Origin: a virus
Lineage: Duplodnaviria; Caudoviricetes
DNA: 64,000 nucleotides
Virus record (IMG/VR): IMGVR_UViG_2929707518_000001
Coordinates: 6,335-70,334 of that record
Strand: one strand, 5' to 3'
The notes under the pieces were generated by a model that worked only from the letters and a program-made list of their open reading frames with translations, was not told the origin of the DNA and did no database searches. A program made the position numbers and the translations under genes. Positions 37,215-46,779 of this stretch are shown piece after piece; position 1 is the stretch's first letter, and the number at the start of each line of letters is the position of its first letter.

Positions 37215-38312
37215 TCAGGCGGGTACGGCTTCGGCTTCTCGGGTCTCGATCTCGCCCCAGGTCCGGCGGACGCGGTTCTCACGGGCCTGGAATCCGGCCC
37301 CCTTGAAAGCGGCATACGCCTGTCGGTAGGAGCGGGGCGGTTCCATCGCGTAGCGAAGCCAACGCACGACCACTTCGAGCTGCTCGTCGGAGAGGGTCAC
37401 GCCCGGCTTGGGAACCTCTACGCCAGCGGCCACAGCAAGTTCCTCGAGGGTCATGGCGCCCTCGATGGGGACCTGCTCCACCCCCGGTTCGCTGTCCGTT
37501 TCGTCCGTGGTCACGGGCGAGATGGCCATGGCCTCGATTTCCGGGATTACCTGCGTGGCCAACGTGTGGCCACCGTGCTCAGGAGCGGTGTGGCCGGGGC
37601 CCGTGGCCACGGGGCGTGGCCCGACCGTCAGAAGCTCCCGGGACATGAACGCGGCGGCCTTCTCGCCGTGCTCCTTGTCAGCCGCGGCGAGGGTCTTCTC
37701 GGCCTTGGCACGAGCCTTGCTGATCCTCTTCTGGGCCGTGGTCAGCACCTTGGCTTGGGCGATCTGCCGGGCGGTGCCGGCGAGGTGCTGGGCAGTCTCA
37801 GTCGCTACTTCGGTGAGGGCTTCGGACGTCAGGTGCCGGGCGTCGGCCGCTGCGAGAGCTCGGGCGTTGCGGTCGGCGGCGGACTGTTCGGCGATCAGGT
37901 CGGCCGTCGCGCCGTCGGCGAGGACGTTGCCGACGAACAGTCGGAGCCCCATGAACGCCGCGGCTGCGACTGGGACGCCGGCGAACACCTGGGCGTGACC
38001 GAGGATCAGCAGGGTCGTCACGGACACGCCGATCGCTACGGCAGAGAGGCCGAGCATGACCGTCATGCCGATCTTGGACCGCTGTCGGATCGCGACCTCG
38101 GACATCCGCAGGGAGCCGATCCAGAGGGCGTCGTAGACGATGGCGATCGACCAGCCGACCGCGAGAGCGGCCTTCCCGTGCAGGCCGATCATCTGGCCGA
38201 GCTGCCCGCCGACCGTCACGGCCATCAGGGTCAGGGCGGCGCCGGTGAGGAGCTTCTCGACGATGTTGAAGACGTTGAAGTCGAACCGGCCGAGCCATTC
38301 GGGGCGCTTCAT
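37215..38312 (-). CDS. SpdB-like membrane spread protein
   Basis: Four N-terminal TM helices, a coiled coil and a C-terminal HTH-like segment; AGGAGG RBS. Confidence 0.62.
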   Translation of the reverse strand: MKRPEWLGRFDFNVFNIVEKLLTGAALTLMAVTVGGQLGQMIGLHGKAALAVGWSIAIVYDALWIGSLRMSEVAIRQRSKIGMTVMLGLSAVAIGVSVTTLLILGHAQVFAGVPVAAAAFMGLRLFVGNVLADGATADLIAEQSAADRNARALAAADARHLTSEALTEVATETAQHLAGTARQIAQAKVLTTAQKRISKARAKAEKTLAAADKEHGEKAAAFMSRELLTVGPRPVATGPGHTAPEHGGHTLATQVIPEIEAMAISPVTTDETDSEPGVEQVPIEGAMTLEELAVAAGVEVPKPGVTLSDEQLEVVVRWLRYAMEPPRSYRQAYAAFKGAGFQARENRVRRTWGEIETREAEAVPA

Positions 38313-38321
38313 GGCTGCCTC

Positions 38322-38585
38322 CTAGGCAGCGTCGGCGAGCGGCTGCCCGTCGAGCACGTCGGTGAGCGGGCTGCATCCGGGGTTCGCTTCGTCGTAGGCG
38401 GCGGCGTCGAGCCAGACGGCGGCGGCCATGTCGAGGTCGCCGGCGTGGAGGGCGGCGAAGTAGCGGCGCTCGATGGCCTCGCGCTCTTCGTGTTCGGCCC
38501 AGGCGAGTTCGATGGTGTCGGGCATCTCGATGACGGTGGGCGCCTCGCCGGCGGGCGGGGTCGCGATCAGGGTGAAGGTCGGCAT
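38322..38585 (-). CDS. Small acidic hypothetical protein
   Basis: GAGGAG RBS. Confidence 0.6.
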   Translation of the reverse strand: MPTFTLIATPPAGEAPTVIEMPDTIELAWAEHEEREAIERRYFAALHAGDLDMAAAVWLDAAAYDEANPGCSPLTDVLDGQPLADAA

Positions 38586-38641
38586 GGCTTACTCCTCGGT
38601 GGTCAGGCGGGGTGACTGGAGTGGGCGGCGGCAGTGGCGTC

Positions 38642-38740
38642 TTAGCGGCCCTGGCGAGGGTTGGCGAACAGAACGAAGAGGGTGAAGGCGCCCAGGCCAA
38701 GCAGGGCGAGCATCGACAGGACGATCAGGAGGTAGTCCAT
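38642..38740 (-). CDS. 32-aa single-TM peptide
   Basis: MDYLLIVLSMLALLGLGAFTLFVLFANPRQGR; AAGGA RBS. Confidence 0.55.
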   Translation of the reverse strand: MDYLLIVLSMLALLGLGAFTLFVLFANPRQGR

Positions 38741-38776
38741 GGCGGTAGTTCCTTCCAGCGGTCGGTCGGGGTTGGG

Positions 38777-39016
38777 TTAGCGGCTGAGTGCGGCGATGGC
38801 CTTGGCGGCGAGGCCGCCGTATTCCTTGCTGCGGGTGGCCTTGGCGGCGGTCAGTGTGTCGAGTGCGGCGCGGATCGCGGGCTCGGGCCAGCGGGACCTC
38901 AGGCCGAGGACGGCCTGCACGGCGGCCGGGGTTGCCGAGCCTTCCCGCAGCAGGATGGGCTCGACGTTGCGCTGGTAGTCGGCGACGATCTCGGCGAGAC
39001 GGGTCTGAGTGGACAC
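38777..39016 (-). CDS. Hypothetical protein
   Basis: AAGGA RBS. Confidence 0.55.
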   Translation of the reverse strand: MSTQTRLAEIVADYQRNVEPILLREGSATPAAVQAVLGLRSRWPEPAIRAALDTLTAAKATRSKEYGGLAAKAIAALSR

Positions 39017-39034
39017 GGCGGTTCCTTCCGTTGG

Positions 39035-39331
39035 TCAGGCGGTGGGGCGGGGCATGGCGCGACAGGTTTCGGCGTGAGACTGGGCCCAGTCGCGAGCTGC
39101 CCTCTCGGCAGCAGCTGCGGTGACGCACTCCGTCTTCAGCAGCGCGCTCACTACGGCGTAGTCGAAGTTGGAGCGTCGCCCGCATCCCCCGCAGGCGGGT
39201 CGATAGCCCTCGTTCTGCGGGGTCGGGTCGCGGTGGTCGATCACATCGACAGTGATGTCCTCACCGAGGATCTCGGCGGCCTTGGTCAGGTAGCGGGCGA
39301 TGACGCCCTCGGGCCAGGCGGTATCGGGCAT
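39035..39331 (-). CDS. Hypothetical protein (CxxC...HxxxC)
   Basis: CGGCG and WAQSHAETCRAMP motifs. Confidence 0.65.
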   Translation of the reverse strand: MPDTAWPEGVIARYLTKAAEILGEDITVDVIDHRDPTPQNEGYRPACGGCGRRSNFDYAVVSALLKTECVTAAAAERAARDWAQSHAETCRAMPRPTA

Positions 39332-39348
39332 GACGGTGTCTCCGGTGG

Positions 39349-39582
39349 TCAGGCCTGGATGGCGGCGAGGCGGTCGAACTCGGCCTTGTTGGTCTGACGG
39401 AAGGCGGTGATCTCGGCGTCGGTGATGCCGTGCTGCCGTCGCAGGGTGTCGACGTTCGCGGCAGCCTCAAGGTTGCTGGCGTTGAGCGGTCGGCCGATCC
39501 GCGCCCAGTGGTCCTTGATGTGGGCCTGGATGGCGGCGCCGAACAGGATCCGGGCGCGCTCTTCGGCAGGGGTTTCGGGCAT
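39349..39582 (-). CDS. Hypothetical protein
   Basis: GAGGAG RBS before MPETPAEE. Confidence 0.6.
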   Translation of the reverse strand: MPETPAEERARILFGAAIQAHIKDHWARIGRPLNASNLEAAANVDTLRRQHGITDAEITAFRQTNKAEFDRLAAIQA

Positions 39583-39624
39583 GACGGTGCTCCTCATGGT
39601 CAGGCGGGGGTGGTGGGGTGGGGT

Positions 39625-39810
39625 TCAGCGGTTGGTGACAGTCCAGCCGCGGCCGGACGGGCGGATGATCCCGCCGGGGGTGTGGATCTGGCCGCCGCTG
39701 GCGCCGAGGCCGAGACGGTCGAGGTCATCGAGCAGCATCGCGATCCGCCCGGCGATGGTCTTTGCCTGCAGTTCGAGGAGACGGAGCTCGTCGGGGGTGC
39801 CGGTGAACAT
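39625..39810 (-). CDS. Hypothetical protein
   Basis: AAGGG RBS. Confidence 0.55.
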   Translation of the reverse strand: MFTGTPDELRLLELQAKTIAGRIAMLLDDLDRLGLGASGGQIHTPGGIIRPSGRGWTVTNR

Positions 39811-39878
39811 GGCTATGCCCTTCAGCTGACTGATCGGGGTCTAGCGGTTGGTGTGCGCCTGGCCGATGCCGAGGGCGG

Positions 39879-40112
39879 CTACTCGCCGTCCTGCGGGCGG
39901 ATCGGGTCGTGGTCGCCCTGTCCGCACCAGTCGCATGCGGTGGGCTGGTCGGCGTGGGCGGCGGCCGTCGCGAAGGCGAGGCGTGCGGCCAGCCGGTAGG
40001 CGGACTGGCTGCGGCGGGAGGGGTGTGCCGGGTCCGCGAGGATGGCGAGGATCCGGCCGGTGAGGCCTTCGGCGCGGTGCTCCTCGGTGATCGCGAGGGC
40101 CGGGGCGCTCAT
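39879..40112 (-). CDS. Hypothetical protein
   Basis: ATGA overlap. Confidence 0.5.
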   Translation of the reverse strand: MSAPALAITEEHRAEGLTGRILAILADPAHPSRRSQSAYRLAARLAFATAAAHADQPTACDWCGQGDHDPIRPQDGE

Positions 40113-40522
40113 GCCGTCATCGCCGGGCGGCGGACGTGGGAGGCAGCGGCGTGCGCGGCGCGGTCGATGAGCGTCTCGCGGGCCTGCTGCACGGCGGCCG
40201 GGATGCCGTCGGCGGACTGCACGGTGATCGCGATGACGGGGACGACCATGGGGATGGCCTGGTCGCCGTCCTCGTCGGGCTCGGCGAGCATGTCCAGGAT
40301 GTTGGTGAGGGTCTCCGGGACGTAGGCGGTGATCTCGTAGGCGCCGAAGTCCGAGTCGGGCGTCGCCTCGACGATCACGATGCCGTCGGCGGCCTCGACG
40401 GTCTGGATGATGTCGCCGAAGCGGTAGTCGGCCGGGATCAGCGACAGCAGGCGGGCGGCGTCGGCGCCCAGCGTGGCCTGCCCGGACAGAGAGGTGCTGG
40501 TCAGGATAGTGTTGTTCGACAT
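40109..40522 (-). CDS. First gene of the transfer operon, hypothetical
   Basis: AGGAGGA RBS. Confidence 0.65.
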   Translation of the reverse strand: MSNNTILTSTSLSGQATLGADAARLLSLIPADYRFGDIIQTVEAADGIVIVEATPDSDFGAYEITAYVPETLTNILDMLAEPDEDGDQAIPMVVPVIAITVQSADGIPAAVQQARETLIDRAAHAAASHVRRPAMTA

Positions 40523-40556
40523 GCGGGTCCTCCTGGGTGCAGGTAGGTCATCGCTA

Positions 40557-40591
40557 GGCCCTGACCAGGTGAGTAAGACCTGTTCAGGGCC
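40557..40591 (-). promoter_or_regulatory. Leader hairpin of the transfer operon
   Basis: GGCCCTGA.CAGGT-7 nt-ACCTG.TCAGGGCC inverted repeat. Confidence 0.6.
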
Positions 40592-40681
40592 CTTTGCGTT
40601 GGGCACAACCAGAGGCTATCCCATTCAGGGGTCGCTTGTATAGGATAGATGGGAGACATCTTGGAGCGAGAGGAGAGGCCC

Positions 40682-41449
40682 ATGGCGCCAGCCACCTACA
40701 TGGACGTAGCAGACGCGATCCGACGCGACGTCGAGGCGGGTCGCTGGCCCATCGGCGACCCCATCCCCGGCATCGACAGACTCAAAGACGAGTACGGCGT
40801 GTCACGGCAGACAGCGAACCGAGCCGTGCAACACCTGGTCGCCAGCGGCCTGCTCTACTCGGAAGGCCGCCGCGGCACATTCATCCGGCCGCGCCTCGGG
40901 CCGCCCGCCGTGGTCCGGGACCGCATCGCCTACAGGGACGACATCGGCTACTTCTTCGACCGCAACGCGCAGGACTGGCGCGGCGTTGGGGCCGGCTCGC
41001 AGGTGGTCGGCGTAGCTCCGGACGAGATCGCTGACGCGCTCGGCGTCGCACGCGGCGAGCACGTCATGATTCGTGACCGAGCCGTCGGTCCGCCTGGCGC
41101 CGATTACCCGCACCAGTTGGCCACGTCGTACCTGCCGATGACCCTGGTGGGCGAGCTGCCGATCCTCGGCGCTGCAGCCACGGGGCCAGGCGGCATCTAC
41201 GACCGAATCGAGGAGCACCTCGGCGCGGCGATCGAGTGGCGTGAGTCGATCAGGGCGCGTCCGGCGAGCGATGAGGAGCAGCTGCGCCTGAAGATCAGCG
41301 CCAGCATCTGGGTGCTAGTCGTAACCCGCGAGTCCCGGGTAGGCGAGCAGGTGGTCGAAGTGAACCAGACGCGGATGGCAGCCGACATGTTCGCCGTCTC
41401 GTACCACGTCGAACGTGACGAGTCGGCAGTTTGGCCGCGAGCCACCTGA
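40682..41449 (+). CDS. GntR/HutC-family repressor with UTRA domain (KorA/KorSA/TraR-like)
   Basis: YMDVADAIRRD...YGVSRQTANRAV...GRRGTFI; GPGGIYDRIEE; divergent from tra/spd. Confidence 0.88.
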   Translation: MAPATYMDVADAIRRDVEAGRWPIGDPIPGIDRLKDEYGVSRQTANRAVQHLVASGLLYSEGRRGTFIRPRLGPPAVVRDRIAYRDDIGYFFDRNAQDWRGVGAGSQVVGVAPDEIADALGVARGEHVMIRDRAVGPPGADYPHQLATSYLPMTLVGELPILGAAATGPGGIYDRIEEHLGAAIEWRESIRARPASDEEQLRLKISASIWVLVVTRESRVGEQVVEVNQTRMAADMFAVSYHVERDESAVWPRAT

Positions 41450-41460
41450 CCCGGATAAAG

Positions 41461-41491
41461 CGAAGCCCCCGGCCGACGGCCGGGGGCTTCG
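41461..41491. terminator. Bidirectional hairpin terminator
   Basis: Perfect CGAAGCCCCCGGCC-GAC-GGCCGGGGGCTTCG between convergent genes. Confidence 0.85.
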
Positions 41492-41555
41492 TTGCGTCAG
41501 CCGAGGGCCCGAGCCGATAGTGGGCTAACGATCTGGGCTGCCGCCATGGTCGCGA

Positions 41556-42074
41556 TTACTGCTTCTCGAGGGCCGTCTTGTACTCGCCTGCTTGTTCGGG
41601 GGTGAGGAGCCGGCTGACGCGCACGAGGGTGGCGCCGTGGACGTAGTCGTATTCGGCGAGCGCGGGCATGCCCTTGGTGACGGTCTGGATGTAGGTGGCC
41701 CGGGTCTGGGCGTCGGCCGCGCTGGCGAAGGCTTCGATTGCGCCGCCGAGGGATACGTCGCCGGCTTCGACGCCTTGGGTGTCGTCTGGTTTGATGCGGC
41801 CGTCCTTGAAAGTGATCTTCGAGGTGTACTGGCCGGGCCTTCCGAGCAGGTGGTTGGGGTCACTTTCCGCGGTGACAGGGGCGCTCCCGGTGGCGGAGGG
41901 TACGGCCGCGGCGAGAGCCTTGTACGCGCTCGAGGCGTTGGCGGCGGGAGACGCGGTGGACGGCGACGCGGGCTGGGGCTTGCTGTCGCCGCTTGTCGGG
42001 CTCGAGCAGCCGGCGAGGAGCAGGACGGTGCCGGCTGCGAGCGCGGCGAGGTGCGTGGTGCTGGTTCGGCTCAT
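41556..42074 (-). CDS. Lipoprotein
   Basis: Signal peptide with LLAGC lipobox and a Ser/Pro linker. Confidence 0.8.
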   Translation of the reverse strand: MSRTSTTHLAALAAGTVLLLAGCSSPTSGDSKPQPASPSTASPAANASSAYKALAAAVPSATGSAPVTAESDPNHLLGRPGQYTSKITFKDGRIKPDDTQGVEAGDVSLGGAIEAFASAADAQTRATYIQTVTKGMPALAEYDYVHGATLVRVSRLLTPEQAGEYKTALEKQ

Positions 42075-42197
42075 GCGGCCACAGGGTGTCGGTGGAGGCG
42101 TCGCCCTGTGGGCGATGTTGCTGGTTTGTGACCTTGCCGGGGCTATTTCAGCTGGTCAGCATGTTGCCCGTCAGCCGGTCGCGACTGAGCCTCCGCT

Positions 42198-42240
42198 CGA
42201 GGGGCGCGCCGGTCTGGGGAGACAAGCGGCGCGCCCCTCG
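42198..42240 (-). terminator. Strong hairpin ending the early operon
   Basis: CGAGGGGCGCGCCG...CGGCGCGCCCCTCG. Confidence 0.55.
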
Positions 42241-42248
42241 CGCGTTGT

Positions 42249-43674
42249 TCAGGCGGGCTGCCAGCTGACGGAGCCCTCTTCGACGTAGCCGCGAGCTCGG
42301 CTGGTGCCGGTCGGCTGGAGGGTGTCCTCGTCTCGGTCGGCCAGGTAGTTGGTCCAGAAGCTGACACGGGCCCGGGCCGCGCCGATGGAGCCGTAGGGCC
42401 CTTCGTGCTTGGTGGTCTCGGCGCCGTCGCGGTCAGTGATGGTGATGACGGCGCGGAACACGGTGGCGTTGGCGGCCATGCCGATCGATCGGGCCATGGC
42501 TACTTCTCCTTGGTCTGGTTGATGCGGACCCCGGCCCAGATGAGGGTGAGGCCGAGGGCAGTGACGCAGATGATCAGCAGGTGCCAGATGCTCACGGGGT
42601 CTCCCGGGGCTCGACCGTGTACGTCGTGGTGATGCGGAGGATGCGGAACTCGGCATTGGGGAAGCTCTGCTCGCGTGCCTTGAGGCAGGCGACCGCACGG
42701 TCATGGCTGCTGAATTGGGTGCTGGCGACAAGCCAGTCGGTGTCACCGCGGCGTTCGACCATCCACTCGTAGACGTGGGGGTACGGGTTGGGCGTGGTCT
42801 CGTTAGCGCTCACGGGGTGGGCTCCTGGGGGTTGAGGGCGGCGCGGAGTTCGTAGGCGGCCCCGCCGTGGGTGCGGAGGACTGCCCAGTCGGTGGCCAGT
42901 TGCCGCACGCGGGCAATCGCGGCGAGCGCGTCATCGAGGGCCAGGGCCTTGGCGTTGAACGCCCGGCAGGCAGTGTCGCGCTCGTGTTCGGCCTGCTCGG
43001 CGCGCTGCTCGGCGGCGTCGCGCTCAGCCTCAGCGGCCGTCAAGAGGTGGATGGCGCGGGCGGCGAATTCGGAGGCGGCGGCGTCGAGAGAGTCGCACCG
43101 TGCCTCGGCCGCCTCTGCTCGCACGTAGAGGGCGGTGAGTTCGCGGTCGCTGAGCTGGTCGAGGAGTTTCCGGCCGGGCTGCTCGGCGTTCTGCTGGCGT
43201 GCGGCCTGCTGCTGGCGCGCCCAGTCGATGGGCCCGGTGGGCTGCTGCTCGGCGTGGGGTTCGGGGTCGTCGTCCCAGTCGATCGGCGCGGTCACGGCTG
43301 GCTCCCGTCGTCTTGGGTGAGGAGGTCACGGAGGGCGGCGAGTCCGGCCGGGGTGAGGCCGATGTCGACGGACCAGACCTGCGTGTCGAGGTAGGTGATC
43401 TCGGGGAGGTGGAGGGTCACGCCGTCGCCGTCCGGGTTCGGGGTGATCGTGGGCTGGTCGGTCATCGGTCTCTCCGGTGTCGTGGCTGCCCGTTTGCGGG
43501 CTTGTCGGGTGCGGTCGGGGTGTCGGGGATGTCGGAGCCCCAGTACGCGGCGTGGGGGTCCGTCTGGCGGGTCTGCCGGTCCTGCTCCTCGCCGTGGCGG
43601 AGGGTCCGGCTCATGGCGATCGCGGCGAGGACGATGACCAGGACGGCGGACCCGGCCCACCCCCAGCCGTTCAC
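42249..43674 (-). CDS. Run of six small coupled hypothetical genes (42249-42497, 42500-42595, 42592-42813, 42810-43295, 43292-43465, 43462-43674)
   Basis: Mostly RTGA overlaps with GGAG RBSs; two are single-TM. Confidence 0.55.
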
Positions 43675-43922
43675 CGCGGGTCCTCGCCATCGAGGCGATC
43701 CACTGGCCCGACCAGCTCCAGCCCGATCACCAGGCGCATCCCGCAGAGGGCGAGGATGCGATCGGCCCAAAGGATCGTCAGCGTGGCGTGGCCGGTGAGC
43801 ATCTGGCTCATGTGCTTGGTGGACAGGTTGAGCTGGCGGGCGGCTTCGGCCTGGCTGGTGCCGGTTACGGCGAGCGCGTTGTGGACGTGGCGGCGGAGGG
43901 CGGCTTCGGCGGGGTCGATCAC
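43671..43922 (-). CDS. XRE-family HTH protein
   Basis: SQAEAARQLNLSTKHMSQMLTG. Confidence 0.8.
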   Translation of the reverse strand: MIDPAEAALRRHVHNALAVTGTSQAEAARQLNLSTKHMSQMLTGHATLTILWADRILALCGMRLVIGLELVGPVDRLDGEDPR

Positions 43923-44227
43923 GGCTGTTCCTCAGGTTCGGGCGGCCACGGGTCGGCGCGGACGGGCACCGGTCCGCGCGGCGGCGGATCGTTGCGGGTC
44001 TCGCAGGACCGCCACCACCGAAGGGCCTGCCGGGGCTTGGCGGCGAGCAGGATGGCAATCTCCCAGGCGAGGACGGGTTGCGCGGCCCACCAACGCCAGG
44101 AGGTTCGGGTGACGTGCCGGTAGTCGATCTGCCGCCACGCCCAGAGGGATGCGCGAGACAGGGGTGCGGTGCGGCCGGTGAGGTAGCCGAGGGCCAGGCC
44201 GCCGGCGATGAGGAGCAGGGTCAGCAC
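43919..44227 (-). CDS. Membrane-anchored hypothetical protein (paralog A)
   Basis: MLTLLLIAGGLALGYLTGRT. Confidence 0.6.
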   Translation of the reverse strand: MLTLLLIAGGLALGYLTGRTAPLSRASLWAWRQIDYRHVTRTSWRWWAAQPVLAWEIAILLAAKPRQALRWWRSCETRNDPPPRGPVPVRADPWPPEPEEQP

Positions 44228-44229
44228 GG

Positions 44230-44565
44230 CTACACCTCGGCTTCGGGGGCAGCCCAGCGCAGCACGTGGGCCACCGTGAAGCCGTTCACCGACAGAGTCG
44301 GCGCAGCCTCCTTCGCGAGCTTCAGCGCGGTGTCGAGGTCGAAGCGGTGCTCTGCCAGCCACTCGTCATCCCGCTGGGACGGGACCGACTCGTGGCTCCA
44401 CTGGCCCGCTGCGCTCAGGCAGGAGCCGTGACGGACGACGGCCCACAGGTCCCGGCCGCGGTACTCGACGTTGAGACTGAAGTGCGGGGCGTTGTCGTTG
44501 GTCTCGGGGAGGCAGGAGACGACGTATCGGGTCGGCCGGACGGTCGGCTCGGGCTGCTCGCTCAT
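44230..44565 (-). CDS. Hypothetical protein
   Basis: VEYRGRDLWAV...HRFDLDTAL; AGGAG RBS. Confidence 0.65.
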   Translation of the reverse strand: MSEQPEPTVRPTRYVVSCLPETNDNAPHFSLNVEYRGRDLWAVVRHGSCLSAAGQWSHESVPSQRDDEWLAEHRFDLDTALKLAKEAAPTLSVNGFTVAHVLRWAAPEAEV

Positions 44566-44849
44566 TCGGGGTCTCCTTGCTGGGGCGGCCAGGGGTTGGC
44601 GCGGAGGACGAGCGCGGGCGAGCGGGGCGGCGGCGGGTCGTTGCGGGTCTGCCAGGCGTGCCAGCCCTGGACGGGATGCCCGATCAGCCAGCTGATGTTC
44701 TCGGCGGAGCGGATCGTGTAGACGGCGGCGTAGCGGAGGCCTCGGGGGCGGGTCTGCCAGGCCGCCCAGTCGGAGGCGGCGCGGGCGGGACGGGTACGGC
44801 CGGTGATGTAGCCGACGAGCAGCGCGGCGCCGAGGAGGAGGGTCAGCAC
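44562..44849 (-). CDS. Membrane-anchored hypothetical protein (paralog B)
   Basis: MLTLLLGAALLVGYITGRT. Confidence 0.6.
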   Translation of the reverse strand: MLTLLLGAALLVGYITGRTRPARAASDWAAWQTRPRGLRYAAVYTIRSAENISWLIGHPVQGWHAWQTRNDPPPPRSPALVLRANPWPPQQGDPE

Positions 44850-46750
44850 GGCTGCTCCTTGTCGTCGGGCAGCGGGTACCCCGCGCCCCTGAGCCGGTCG
44901 GCAAGGTCGTTGCAGTCGATGCCGCCGATGTCGTTCGACTCGATGACGTAGTCGCAGACGATCCGCATGACCTCGTCGAGCCGCTGCTCCGCGTGCTGCC
45001 GGAACTCGTGCGGGGTGGGCCGCTGGCGCCGCTGGATGGTGACGGTGTAGTCGTCGGTCGGGTTGTCGCCGCTGCGTAGGTCCATGGACACGGACGGGGC
45101 GCTCATCTCGTTCTCGACATAGTTCTCGGCGCTGTAGCCGTCGAGGACTCCGCGCATGCTCGCAACGAAGATCTTGAGGATCTCGGTGGCGGGTTCCAGG
45201 GAGAGGGTGGCGACGCCGTCGCGGATCTCCAGGGAGCGCATCATGGTGCCGTCGGCGAGGATCTCGGCGGCCAGGTCTCCGAGGGCGTCCATGGCGGTGT
45301 CGGCAATTCGGTTGGAGCGGTCGGTGTCCTCCTGGCCGTAGGTGCTGTACATGGCGGTGGCGATGGCGTCATGGGCCTGCTTGCGGCGGGCGGCGCGCTG
45401 CGGTTCGGTCAGGTCGCTCACGCTCCGGTCTCCTCGGCGGCGCGGTCGGCGGTCGCTGCGTCCTGGATGAGCTGGATCGCGGTGATGCAGTCCTCGCGGC
45501 TGACCGCGCAGTCGCCGCGGTTGTGCTCGATGTGCTCGTAGATCTCTTCGGCGGAGCTGGTGTACGGCAGGTTCGTGTTCCAGTCGTCCTCGACGGCGAA
45601 GCCGATGCCGACGGTGCCGAACTTCGGGAACCCGATGACGGCCTGCCCGTCGGCGACGCGGACGCGGTACAGCCAGTAGTCAGCGCCGATGGGCGGGGTG
45701 ATCAGGAGCGGGCCGATGGCGGCCGTCCGGTCGGGCTGGTCGCGGCGTTCAAGGATGAGGGGCATGGTGCTGCTCCTGGGGTGCGGGGTGGGTGGCCGGC
45801 CCGCAGGTGACGGGCCGGCCGGGGCGGGGGTCAGGCGGACAGTCGGGGCTCGATGTACGTCCGGCCGCGGTTGTAGTGCGGGACCGGGTCGACGCCCGGA
45901 ACGACAACCCGTTCGTCACCGTCGATCTCCTGGCCGTCTCGGTGGTAGACCGGCCCGTCCGGGTCCTCGTGTGCCTCCTCCCACTCCGCGAGTCCCTCCG
46001 CGTCCAGGCCCTCAGGCGGGGTTTCGCCCCGGTACCAGTCCTCCGTGATGCCGAGCTGGTCGAGTTGCGGGCCGTCCAGTTCGGACACCAGGTGCGTGGT
46101 GCCGGCATGGACCTGGTAGCCCTTGGCCTGCGGCAGGTGCGCGTAGGCGGCCTGGATCTCTTCCAGGCAACCGACCATGCGCTGCTGCCACTCGATCGGC
46201 ATGGACTGCATGAGGGTGCGCGGCAGGACGAGGTAGCTGGAGTAGGTGAGTTCGAACCAGGCATGGACGGGGCCGTCGGTGGGGTGCTGCTCGTTCATGT
46301 GGGTCTCCTGGTGGATGCTGGTGGGGTGGCCGTCCCGGAGTCCCGCCGGGACGGCCGTCTGCGTGGTCACGGGGTGTGCGGGTCGCCGCTGCCGGGCGAC
46401 GGCTCAAGGGGCCAGCCACCCAACCCGGCGGGACGGGCATCCGGCGCACCGTCTACGTCTCGCGGCCGGTAGGCACCGATGACGTCTCGCAGCCAGCCCG
46501 GCATCTCTGCAACCGGGGGCCACCGTTCGGCGGAGTCCTCCCACTCGACGATGACGTCGACACGAGCGATGTCCTCGCGGAGGACGTAGGCCAGGCGCAG
46601 GCCGTGGGGCTTCTGGGTTCGGCCGATCAGGTTGGTGAGAGTGGGCGCATCGGTGAGGTCGATTCGGACCTCGTGTCGAATCTCGCGGGCGCTGGCGGCG
46701 AGCGGCCCTACGGGCAGGGCGTGATCGTGCGGGGTAGGGATGGTCGGCAT
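44843..46750 (-). CDS. Four hypothetical genes (44843-45421, 45418-45765, 45831-46298, 46367-46750)
   Basis: Each has a GGAG-type RBS and high-GC codon bias. Confidence 0.6.
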
Positions 46751-46779
46751 CAGAACTCCTGGTGAGGTGTGGCGGGCTG

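Larger units (their letters stand above)
31581..41491. mobile_element. Streptomyces plasmid/AICE-type transfer module embedded in the prophage
   Basis: GntR repressor divergent from an operon of Spd-like membrane proteins and an FtsK-type TraB. Confidence 0.75.
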
